In this document: positions 11,901 to 23,400 of the stretch, in pieces
Layout of the letters: each line of letters starts with the position of its first letter
How positions within the stretch are numbered: position 1 is the first letter of the stretch
DNA from: Nemertoderma westbladi
Lineage: Eukaryota > Animalia > Xenacoelomorpha
Direction of reading: 5' to 3'
Assembly (NCBI GenBank): GCA_032718475.1
Contig: JAUCBJ010009114.1
Coordinates: 1 to 64,000 of the forward strand
Length of the DNA: 64,000 nt
The notes under the pieces: model-generated
Seen by the model: only the letters and a program-made list of their open reading frames with translations
Told to the model about the DNA's origin: nothing
Database searches by the model: none
Program-made: the position numbers and the translations under genes

Positions 11901-14190
11901 CATTAATATTTGTGTCCCTCATTAACGTTTGTGTCCCTCATTAATGTTTGTGTCCCTCATTAATGTTTGTGTCCCTCATTAACGTCGGTGTCCCTCATTA
12001 ATGTTTGTGTCCCTCATTAATATTTGTGTCCCTCATTAATGTTTGTGTCCCTCATTAATGTTTGTGTCCCTCATTAATGTTTGTGTCCTCCATTAATGTT
12101 TGTGTCCCTCATTAATGTTTGTGTCCCTCATTAATGTTTGTGTCCCTCATTAATGTTTGTGACCTCCATTAATGTTTGTGTCCCTCATTAATGTTTGTGT
12201 CCCTCATTAATGTTTGTGTCCCTCATTAATGTTTGTGTCCCTCATTAATGTTTGTGTCCCTCATTAATGTTTGTGTCCCTCATTAATGTTTGTGTTCCTC
12301 ATTAATGTATGTCCCTCATTAATGTTTGTGTCCCTCATTAATGTGCCCTCATTAATGTTTGTGTCCCTCATTAATGTTTGTGTCCCTCATTAATGTTTGC
12401 GTCCCTCATTAATGTTTGTGTCCCTCTTTAATGTTTGTGTCCCTCATTAATGTTTGTGTCCCTCATTAATGTTTGTGACCCTCATTAATATTTGTGTCCC
12501 TCATTAACGTTTGTGTCCCTCATTAATGTTTGTGTCCCTCATTAATGTTTGTGTCCCTCATTAACGTCGGTGTCCCTCATTAATGTTTGTGTCCCTCATT
12601 AATATTTGTGTCCCTCATTAATGTTTGTGTCCCTCATTAATGTTTGTGTCCCTCATTAATGTTTGTGTCCTCCATTAATGTTTGTGTCCCTCATTAATGT
12701 TTGTGTCCCTCATTAATGTTTGTGTCCCTCATTAATGTTTGTGTCCTCCATTAATGTTTGTGTCCCTCATTAACGTCGGTGTCCCTCATTAATGTTTGTG
12801 TCCCTCATTAATATTTGTGTCCCTCATTAATGTTTGTGTCCCTCATTAATGTTTGTGTCCCTCATTAATGTTTGTGTCCTCCATTAATGTTTGTGTCCCT
12901 CATTAACGTCGGTGTCCCTCATTAATGTTTGTGTCCCTCATTAATATTTGTGTCCCTCATTAATGTTTGTGTCCCTCATTAATGTTTGTGTCCCTCATTA
13001 ATGTTTGTGTCCTCCATTAATGTTTGTGTCCCTCATTAATGTTTGTGTCCCTCATTAATGTTTGTGTCCCTCATTAATGTTTGTGTCCTCCATTAATGTT
13101 TGTGTCCCTCATTAATGTTTGTGTCCCTCATTAATGTTTGTGTCCCTCATTAATGTTTGTGACCTCCATTAATGTTTGTGTCCCTCATTAATGTTTGTGT
13201 CCCTCATTAATGTTTGTGCCCCTCATTAATGTTTGTGTCCCTCATTAATGTTTGTGTCCCTCATTAATGTTTGTGTCCTCCATTAATGTTTGTGTCCCTC
13301 ATTAATGTTTGTGTCCCTCATTAATGTTTGTGTCCCTCATTAATGTTTGTGTCCCTCATTAATGTTTGTGTCCCTCATTAATGTTTGTGTCCCTCATTAA
13401 TGTTTGTGTCCCTCATTAATGTTTGTGTTCCTCATTAATGTATGTCCCTCATTAATGTTTGTGTCCCTCATTAATGTGCCCTCATTAATGTTTGTGTCCC
13501 ACATTAATGTTTGTGTCCCTCATTAATGTACCCTCATTAATGTTTGTGTCCCACATTAATGTTTGTGTCCTCCATTAATGTTTGTGTCCCTCATTAATGT
13601 TTGTGTCCCTCATTAATGTTTGTGTCCCTCATTAATGTTTGCGTCCCTCATTAATGTTTGTGTCCCTCTTTAATGTTTGTGTCCCTCATTAATGTTTGTG
13701 TCCCTCATTAATGTTTGTGACCCTCATTAATATTTGTGTCCCTCATTAACGTTTGTGTCCCTCATTAATGTTTGTGTCCCTCATTAATGTTTGTGTCCCT
13801 CATTAACGTCGGTGTCCCTCATTAATGTTTGTGTCCCTCATTAATATTTGTGTCCCTCATTAATGTTTGTGTCCCTCATTAATGTTTGTGTCCCTCATTA
13901 ATGTTTGTGTCCTCCATTAATGTTTGTGTCCCTCATTAATGTTTGTGTCCCTCATTAATGTTTGTGTCCCTCATTAATGTTTGTGACCTCCATTAATGTT
14001 TGTGTCCCTCATTAATGTTTGTGTCCCTCATTAATGTTTGTGTCCCTCATTAATGTTTGTGTCCCTCATTAATGTTTGTGTCCCTCATTAATGTTTGTGT
14101 CCCTCATTAATGTATGTCCCTCATTAATGTTTGTGTCCCTCATTAATGTGCCCTCATTAATGTTTGTGTCCCACATTAATGTTTGTGTCC
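8921..14190 (-). repeat. Right arm: the same 19-bp minisatellite in inverted orientation (GTGTCCCTCATTAATGTTT)n, ~275 units
   Basis: Reverse complement of the left-arm unit, with internal block duplications. Confidence 0.98.
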
Positions 14191-14292
14191 TGGCCGCTAT
14201 GGGCTTCCGTAATAACTAGAATCACAAATAATTTAATATCCAGAATTAAAATCTCTAGAACTTTGAACAATTTAATCTCTATAATCACCAAC

Positions 14293-14441
14293 CTCTGGAT
14301 TACTTAGGAGTAGTGTTGCTGGTTCTTCTGCTATGTTACGAGTTCCCAGATACAATGTATCTGATGTCTTAGTAAATGATTCACTTTCACTATCGGCTTT
14401 AGTTATCCTCATGTGTGACTTTAGCGGCAACGGTTTGGCAC
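14293..14441 (-). CDS. Candidate coding exon (149 bp, phase 1/0): AKPLPLKSHMRITKADSESESFTKTSDTLYLGTRNIAEEPATLLLSNPE
   Basis: The minus strand reads attgttacag|GTGCC...CCAGAG|gttggt. Only one frame is open, and it ends in phase 0, matching the exon at 3021. Confidence 0.6.
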
Positions 14442-15769
14442 CTGTAACAATATCTCAGTTAATTAACATTGTTAATTATTAATTAAATGAAAGGAGCAGG
14501 TAATGTGGGATGTGTGTGCGATTTTAAAGATGGGATACAGTCTGTATCTGTTTTTATGTTTAAAATTACAGGTTTTAATGGGCCTTTAGGTAATATTAAT
14601 ACACAGCATTTAGTCAGGTTTAACACACTATAATGTTTGTTCAGTCTCTGACTATGTATCCTGATAATGGACATACCTTCCTATGCTCATCATATCACGC
14701 TATTATCTCACCCCGTGGCCAATATTACACGTTCGCGGGGCCTTCGCGCAGCACGAGGCTCAGTTATGAGATACAGATTATAATTGAGCGCGATATTATT
14801 TAATTTACTTAACCAACAATGAAAACAATAAATTCATGTTATTGGTACTGTGACATGTTAAACTCATAAAGTAATTGTGTTTGTTCGATTGCAGATCGCG
14901 AGCCGGTTGTAATTTAAGAAAAATTGGTAATTTGTGCAATTTGCGTAATTTACGGTCATTAACTGTTAAGAATGTAAAGCAATTATCATATGTTCAGTGC
15001 GGTATTGATAACTTATGGAAGGTCAATTTATGTAAAGAATTAATCAATTGTATCTCAGATAACTGGGAGATCCCTTATTTTAGTACAAACGAGTTAAACG
15101 ATATATTGAAGTATATAGCCACAGTGTAAACGATTTAATATTATTTTTTGTGTATTTGTCTCATATTGGTTGTGCATATATTCTATTCATGTGCCATCAT
15201 TAATCCTGGTTTGTCTGTTCATGTTGGCTCTGTATTTACTTACTTTACACTCTATTTGTGCTACTTTATTAGTATACTTTTCTACGCTGTACTTATTACT
15301 GTGTTAATAACGTACGATATTAAATTAAATAAATAAATATATTAAATATATTAGGCGTGGAGGCGACCAAATTTGTAAGAAATATAAAACTTACCTTATG
15401 CCGATAGTGTTGATACTGAGATATTAATTTATCATGCAAACAGCTCAACGAAATTATTTAGCTAATTATTCTAAAGAATCACGATTAAGTACATTACAAT
15501 GCTGCCTTTGAGTAGTGATGAGGTGGATGGCCTGGTTCCCCATCCCAGCTAGGCTAGCAAGCATGCCAGGGAATGAGGGAGCTATGGAAGTATAGCTGCT
15601 TGGAGACAGGGCATTTTAATAAGTTAATTACGTTTAGATCAATTAAAAACATATTCATTAAAGCAAATCTCTTGAACTAATTAAAAACTATAATAGAATG
15701 GGGTATGCGGAATACAGCTGTATAATTGTTAAGTATAATTATTTAAATCTTATACTAGAAAATAATTAA

Positions 15770-16065
15770 TATCCTTTAAAAGGCAGGTGGTTGAAAATGC
15801 TGTTTTTACCCTAATCAACTTAATTAACTAATTAACTGCTATTATCTTAGCTTCTCGAAGGCCACACGAAAATTCAACTTGGAAAATTTATTAACTTTGC
15901 CAGACTACATGTGTACCAAGTTTGGATAGATTTCATCGAGATTTGGCTGAGTTATTAACGTTTACAATTGAACGCGACAGAACGACAGAACAACGACACA
16001 CCGATTGAGTTAGTGGTACCCGTGGCTTGTGGTACCCCCTTTCGTGGCTCGCCCCACATCAAGGG
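15770..16065. mobile_element. Possible Helentron-associated (HINE/DINE-1-like) non-autonomous element fragment
   Basis: CATGTGTACCAAGTTTGG...GACAGAACGACAGAAC microsatellite-like tract resembles the usual HINE architecture. Boundaries are approximate. Confidence 0.3.
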
Positions 16066-16150
16066 TTATTGCTCATATAAAATCATTGTCTAATGATGTT
16101 TAATATTATCACTCACAACGTCGAAGTCCCCCACACCCATGTGAATTGAA

Positions 16151-16706
16151 AACTAACCCGGTGAATAAGAGTAATTACTTACAAGTTTGCCTGCCGAGAG
16201 CTGGATAAATATGGACGGATCCATTGCTACCAATATTGTTGTAATAATATACGCACCTATGCAGGGCAGCCTAATAACGAAAAACGAAACATTGGGCACA
16301 ATAGCAGTATATATATATTGTATGTAAAAAAAAAACACTGTTCGTAAGAAATGTTTCTACTCCTACAAATCTAAACAAAATAAAGCGAAATTTTGCAGAA
16401 AGTATGTCCAATAAATACTCCCTATGGGGTGTCGACAGAATTTCGATTGAGTGAATTCAACGATTATGATCGGTCATTCTAGAATTAATTTAACTGTTGC
16501 TACGCAACCAACAGTTCCCTCGCAACCAAAACCCTGCATACACAACTAGGTCCGATATTGAACCTATCATCAAAGTTTCATCCAATTTCATCAACATTAA
16601 GTGCAAGAAGTTGTGTGTACAAACAAACACACAAACAGACACGTATGAGAAATAAGGACATCCGATTCTTGTATCCGTCCAAAATTACACAACAACTAAC
16701 CCGGTG
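16151..16706. mobile_element. ~530-bp interspersed element flanked by a 13-bp direct repeat; HINE-like interior
   Basis: AACTAACCCGGTG at 16151-16163 and 16694-16706. Subterminal inverted pair TGGACGGAT (16212)/ATCCGTCCA (16673). AAAGTTTCATCCAA followed by an ACAAACAAACACACAAACAGAC tract. Confidence 0.45.
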
Positions 16707-16805
16707 TATTGAATATGCAAGGTTTTCCATAACTCTCCCAATACTCATCTATATCTGATTGAGTACGAAGCTTGCCATCGCTTTCCAATCTGTGCTGCAA
16801 TCGCA

Positions 16806-16855
16806 TGACGTCATGAATTGCAGACCGAGGTATGTTAGACAGAAACGTGACGTCA
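16806..16855. promoter_or_regulatory. Two full CRE palindromes TGACGTCA
   Basis: Exact matches at 16806-16813 and 16848-16855; function unproven. Confidence 0.3.
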
Positions 16856-17061
16856 TTCACTGGAGCTGACTTAGGAACAGCACGTTTCTTTCTATCTCGC
16901 GATTTCGTCTAAAAAATAATCTCTAATAATTGTTAAGTTTTCCAGTTTTTTAAGGAGAAATAATGTTCGTTCAGATAAATAAATACACATTAATATCCCC
17001 AAATTAAATATTAATATAATACTTTATCAAACTTTATCAGGTTTACATAACGAAACTACCG

Positions 17062-17201
17062 ATTGCCATGGTAACTGTGACTTTAAAATATAATCAATAA
17101 ATAAATTTTGGTCGATATAGTGGGGGTAGAAGTTGGTCCCGTTGCATCAAGTTCATTAGATCAATGGTTGGTATGGCAAAACTACCGGTTGCCATGGTAA
17201 C
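17062..17201. promoter_or_regulatory. RFX X-box-like motifs within a diverged ~126-bp duplication
   Basis: ATTGCCATGGTAAC at 17062-17075 and GTTGCCATGGTAAC at 17188-17201, each preceded by AAACTACCG. Confidence 0.35.
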
Positions 17202-17499
17202 TGGGACTTTTAATCAAGCCCATGCACATCGCCATAGTCGATATAGTTGGAGTAGGTAAAGGTTCTACAATGATAGGATTGCTAGTTTTCGCTGTACACA
17301 CTACCTGACCCTGTATGCAGCTTTCCAGGTCGTATCTATAGTAGGTCATGGTTACAACATCGTTCAATGTGTCGACATTCGATGGGTCCACGCCGAAAAC
17401 AGTACAGCCATGTGGTTGCAGGTAAAACAACCAGTTTCCACAGGCGCCGAGTCGTGGGCAAGGAGATTAGTCCGAAGTAGACCTTAGTGGCCAAACGCT

Positions 17500-20400
17500 T
17501 ACAGGAGGGTGTACAATTCATACAAGAAGGGACACAATTCATACAAGAGGGGATACAATTCATACAAGAGAGGATACAATTCATACAAGAGAGGATACAA
17601 TTCATACAAGAGGGGATACAATTCATACAAGAGGGGGTACAATTCATACAAGAGAGGATACAATTCATACAAGAGAGGATACAATTCATACAAGAGGGGA
17701 TACAATTCATACAAGAGGGGATACAATTCATACAAGAGGGGATACAATTCATACAAGAGAGGATACAATTCATACAAGAGGGGATACAATTCATACAAGA
17801 GGGGATACAATTCATACAAGAGAGGATACAATTCATACAAGAGAGGATACAATTCATACAAGAGGGGATACAATTCATACAAGAGAGGATACAATTCATA
17901 CAAGAGAGGATACAATTCATACAAGAGGGGATACAATTCATACAAGAGGGGATACAATTCATACAAGAGGGGATACAATTCATACAAGAGAGGATACAAT
18001 TCATACAAGAGGGGATACAATTCATACAAGATGGGATACAATTCATACAAGAGCAGATACAATTCATACAAGAGGGGATACAATTCATACAAGAGGGGAT
18101 ACAATTCATACAATATGGGATACAATTCATACAAGAGCAGATACAATTCATACAAGAGGGGATACAATTCATACAAGAGGGGATACAATTCATACAAGAG
18201 GGGATACAATTCATACAAGATGGGATACAATTCATACAAGAGCAGATACAATTCATACAAGAGGGGATACAATTCATACAAGAGGGGATACAATTCATAC
18301 AAGAGGGGATACAATTCATACAAGAGCAGATACAATTCATACAAGAGGGGATACAATTCATACAAGAGGGGATACAATTCATACAAGAGGGGATACAATT
18401 CATACAAGAGGGGATACAATTCATACAAGAGGGGATACAATTCATACAAGAGGGGATACAATTCATACAAGAGAGGATACAATTCATACAAGAGGGGATA
18501 CAATTCATACAAGATGGGATACAATTCATACAAGAGCAGATACAATTCATACAAGAGGGGATACAATTCATACAAGAGGGGATACAATTCATACAAGATG
18601 GGATACAATTCATACAAGAGCAGATACAATTCATACAAGAGGGGATACAATTCATACAAGAGGGGATACAATTCATACAAGATGGGATACAATTCATACA
18701 AGAGCAGATACAATTCATACAAGAGGGGATACAATTCATACAAGAGGGGATACAATTCATACAAGAGGGGATACAATTCATACAAGAGGGGATACAATAC
18801 ATACAAGAGGGGATACAATTCATACAAGAGGGGATACAATTCATACAAGAGGGGATACAATTCATACAAGATGGGATACAATTCATACAAGAGCAGATAC
18901 AATTCATACAAGAGGGGATACAATTCATACAAGATGGGATACAATTCATACAAGAGCAGATACAATTCATACAAGAGGGGATACAATTCATACAAGAGGG
19001 GATACAATTCATACAAGAGGGGATACAATTCATACAAGAGGGGATACAATACATACAAGAGGGGATACAATACATACAAGAGGGGATACAATTCATACAA
19101 GAGGGGATACAATTCATACAAGATGGGATACAATTCATACAAGAGGGGATACAATTCATACAAGATGGGATACAATTCATACAAGAGAGGATACAATTCA
19201 TACAAGATGGGATACAATTCATACAAGAGAGGATACAATTCATACAAGAGAGGATACAATTCATACAAGAGGGGATACAATTCATACAAGAGGGGATACA
19301 ATTCATACAAGAGGGGATACAATTCATACAAGAGAGGATACAATTCATACAAGAGGGGATATAACTGATACAAGAGGGGATACAACTGATACAAGAGGGG
19401 ATACAATTCATACAAGGGGGGATACAATTCATACAAAAGAGGATACAATTCATACAAGAGAGGATACAATTCATACAAGAGGGGATACAACTCATACAAG
19501 AGAGGATACAATTCATACAAGAGTGGATACAATTCATACAAGAGGGGATACAATTCATACAAGAGGGGATACAATTCATACAAGAGGGGATACAATTCAT
19601 ACAAGAGGGGATACAATTCATACAAGAGGGGATACAACTCATACAAGAGAGGATACAATTCATACAAGAGTGGATACAACTCATACAAGAGGGGATACAA
19701 TTCATACAAGAGGGGATACAATTCATACAAGAGGGGATACAATTCATACAAGAGGGGATACAATTCATACAAGAGGGGATACAATTCATACAAGAGGGGA
19801 TACAATTCATACAAGAGGGGATACAACTCATACAAGAGAGGATACAATTCATACAAGAGTGGATACAACTCATACAAGAGAGGATACAATTCATACAAGA
19901 GTGGATACAATTCATACAAGAGGGGATACAATTCATACAAGAGGGGATACAATTCATACAAGAGGGGATACAATTCATACAAGAGGGGATACAATTCATA
20001 CAAGAGGGGATACAACTCATACAAGAGAGGATACAATTCATACAAGAGTGGATACAATTCATACAAGAGGGGATACAATTCATACAAGAGGGGATACAAT
20101 TCATACAAGAGTGGATACAATTCATACAAGAGAGGATACAATTCATACAAGAGGGGATACAACTGATACAAGAGTGGATACAATTCATACAAGAGAGGAT
20201 ACAATTCATACAAGAGAGGATACAATTCATACAAGAGGGGATACAATTCATACAAGAGGGGATACAATTCATACAAGAGTGGATACAATTCATACAAGAG
20301 GGGATACAATTCATACAAGAGGGGTTACAATTCATACAAGAGTGGATACAATTCATACAAGAGGGGATACAATTCATACAAGAGGGGATACAATTCATAC

Positions 20401-23400
20401 AAGAGTGGATACAATTCATACAAGAGGGGATACAATTCATACAAGAGGGGTTACAATTCATACAAGAGTGGATACAATTCATACAAGAGTGGATACAATT
20501 CATACAAGAGTGGATACAATTCATACAAGAGGGGATACAACTGATACAAGAGAGGATACAATTCATACAAGAGGGGATACAATTCATACAAGAGTGGATA
20601 CAATTCATACAAGAGGGGATACAATTCATACAAGAGGGGTTACAATTCATACAAGAGTGGATACAATTCATACAAGAGTGGATACAATTCATACAAGAGT
20701 GGATACAATTCATACAAGAGGGGATACAACTGATACAAGAGTGGATACAATTCATACAAGAGGGGATACAATTCATACAAGAGGGGTTACAATTCATACA
20801 AGAGTGGATACAATTCATACAAGAGGGGATACAATTCATACAAGAGGGGATACAATTCATACAAGAGTGGATACAATTCATACAAGAGAGGATACAATTC
20901 ATACAAGAGTGGATACAATTCATACAAGAGGGGATACAATTCATACAAGAGGGGATACAATTCATACAAGAGGGGTTACAATTCATACAAGAGTGGATAC
21001 AATTCATACAAGAGGGGATACAATTCATACAAGAGGGGATACAATTCATACAAGAGTGGATACAATTCATACAAGAGAGGATACAATTCATACAAGAGTG
21101 GATACAATTCATACAAGAGGGGATACAATTCATACAAGAGGGGATACAATTCATACAAGAGTGGATACAATTCATACAAGAGGGGATACAATTCATACAA
21201 GAGGGGTTACAATTCATACAAGAGTGGATACAATTCATACAAGAGGGGATACAATTCATACAAGAGGGGATACAATTCATACAAGAGTGGATACAATTCA
21301 TACAAGAGGGGATACAATTCATACAAGAGGGGTTACAATTCATACAAGAGTGGATACAATTCATACAAGAGTGGATACAATTCATACAAGAGTGGATACA
21401 ATTCATACAAGAGGGGATACAACTGATACAAGAGAGGATACAATTCATACAAGAGAGGATACAATTCATACAAGATGGGATACAATTCATACAAGAGGGG
21501 ATACAATTCATACAAGAGGGGATACAATTCATACAAGATGGGATACAATTCATACAAGAGAGGATACAATTCATACAAGAGAGGATACAATTCATACAAG
21601 AGGGGATACAATTCATACAAGAGGGGATACAATTCATACAAGATGGGATACAATTCATACAAGATGGGATACAATTCATACAAGATGGGATACAATTCAT
21701 ACAAGAGAGGATACAATTCATACAAGATGGGATACAATTCATACAAGAGGGGATACAATTCATACAAGATGGGATACAATTCATACAAGATGGGATACAA
21801 TTCATACAAGAGAGGATACAATTCATACAAGAGAGGATACAATTCATACAAGAGGGGATACAATTCATACAAGAGGGGATACAATTCATACAAGAGGGGA
21901 TACAATTCATACAAGAGAGGATACAATTCATACAAGAGGGGATATAACTGATACAAGAGGGGATACAACTGATACAAGAGGGGATACAATTCATACAAGG
22001 GGGGATACAATTCATACAAGAGAGGATACAATTCATACAAGATGGGATACAATTCATACAAGAGGGGATACAACTGATACAAGAGGGGATACAATTCATA
22101 CAAGAGAGGATACAATTCATACAAGAGGGGATACAACTCATACAAGAGAGGATACAATTCATACAAGAGTGGATACAATTCATACAAGAGGGGATACAAC
22201 TGATACAAGAGTGGATACAATTCATACAAGAGAGGATACAATTCATACAAGAGAGGATACAATTCATACAAGAGAGGATACAATTCATACAAGAGTGGAT
22301 ACAATTCATACAAGAGTGGATACAATTCATACAAGAGGCGATACAATTCATACAAGAGGGGATACAATTCATACAAGAGAGGATACAATTCATACAAGAG
22401 TGGATACAATTCATACAAGAGGCGATACAATTCATACAAGAGGGGATACAATTCATACAAGAGAGGATACAATTCATACAAGAGTGGATACAATTCATAC
22501 AAGAGGGGATACAACTGATACAAGAGTGGATACAATTCATACAAGAGAGGATACAATTCATACAAGAGAGGATACAATTCATACAAGAGTGGATACAATT
22601 CATACAAGAGTGGATACAATTCATACAAGAGGCGATACAATTCATACAAGAGGGGATACAATTCATACAAGAGAGGATACAATTCATACAAGAGGCGATA
22701 CAATTCATACAAGAGGGGATACAATTCATACAAGAGAGGATACAATTCATACAAGAGGCGATACAATTCATACAAGAGGGGATACAATTCATACAAGAGA
22801 GGATACAATTCATACAAGAGGCGATACAATTCATACAAGAGGGGATACAATTCATACAAGAGAGGATACAATTCATACAAGAGTGGATACAATTCATACA
22901 AGAGTGGATACAATTCATACAAGGGGGGATACAATTCATACAAGAGGCGATACAATTCATACAAGAGGGGATACAATTCATACAAGAGAGGATACAATTC
23001 ATACAAGAGGCGATACAATTCATACAAGAGGGGATACAATTCATACAAGAGTGGATACAATTCATACAAGAGGCGATACAATTCATACAAGAGGGGATAC
23101 AATTCATACAAGAGAGGATACAATTCATACAAGAGTGGATACAATTCATACAAGAGGGGATACAACTGATACAAGAGTGGATACAATTCATACAAGAGGG
23201 GATACAATTCATACAAGAGGGGATACAATTCATACAAGAGGGGATACAATTCATACAAGAGGGGATACAATTCATACAAGAGGGGATACAATTCATACAA
23301 GAGAGGATACAATTCATACAAGAGGGGATACAATTCATACAAGAGGGGATACAATTCATACAAGAGGGGATACAATTCATACAAGAGGGGATATAACTGA

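Larger units (their letters stand above)
5847..14211. mobile_element. Non-autonomous foldback DNA transposon, 8365 bp, IS3EU-like termini
   Basis: The first 83 nt (TACGGAAGCCCATAGCGGCCAGGACAC...) are the perfect reverse complement of the last 83 nt. ATAACT lies directly on both sides (5841-5846, 14212-14217). No transposase ORF is present. Confidence 0.9.

Noticed and set aside
5868-14190. CRISPR array
   Set aside because: The repeats are contiguous with no unique spacers, there are no cas genes, and the context is eukaryotic. The same applies to the other arrays.
15395-15415. 21-bp microexon (tctcag|TATCAACACTATCGGCATAAG|gtaagt, minus strand)
   Set aside because: The splice sites are good, but the phase needed to join exon 14441 contains TAA. 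It could be a UTR or alternative exon, but this cannot be supported from sequence alone.
3180-16758. Short ORFs 3180-3446, 3804-4109, 4248-4463, 8704-8919, 14483-14674, 14875-15129, 15148-15336, 16153-16338, 16558-16758
   Set aside because: Short, mostly non-ATG starts, AT-rich low-information translations, or antisense to a better ORF; no recognisable motifs.
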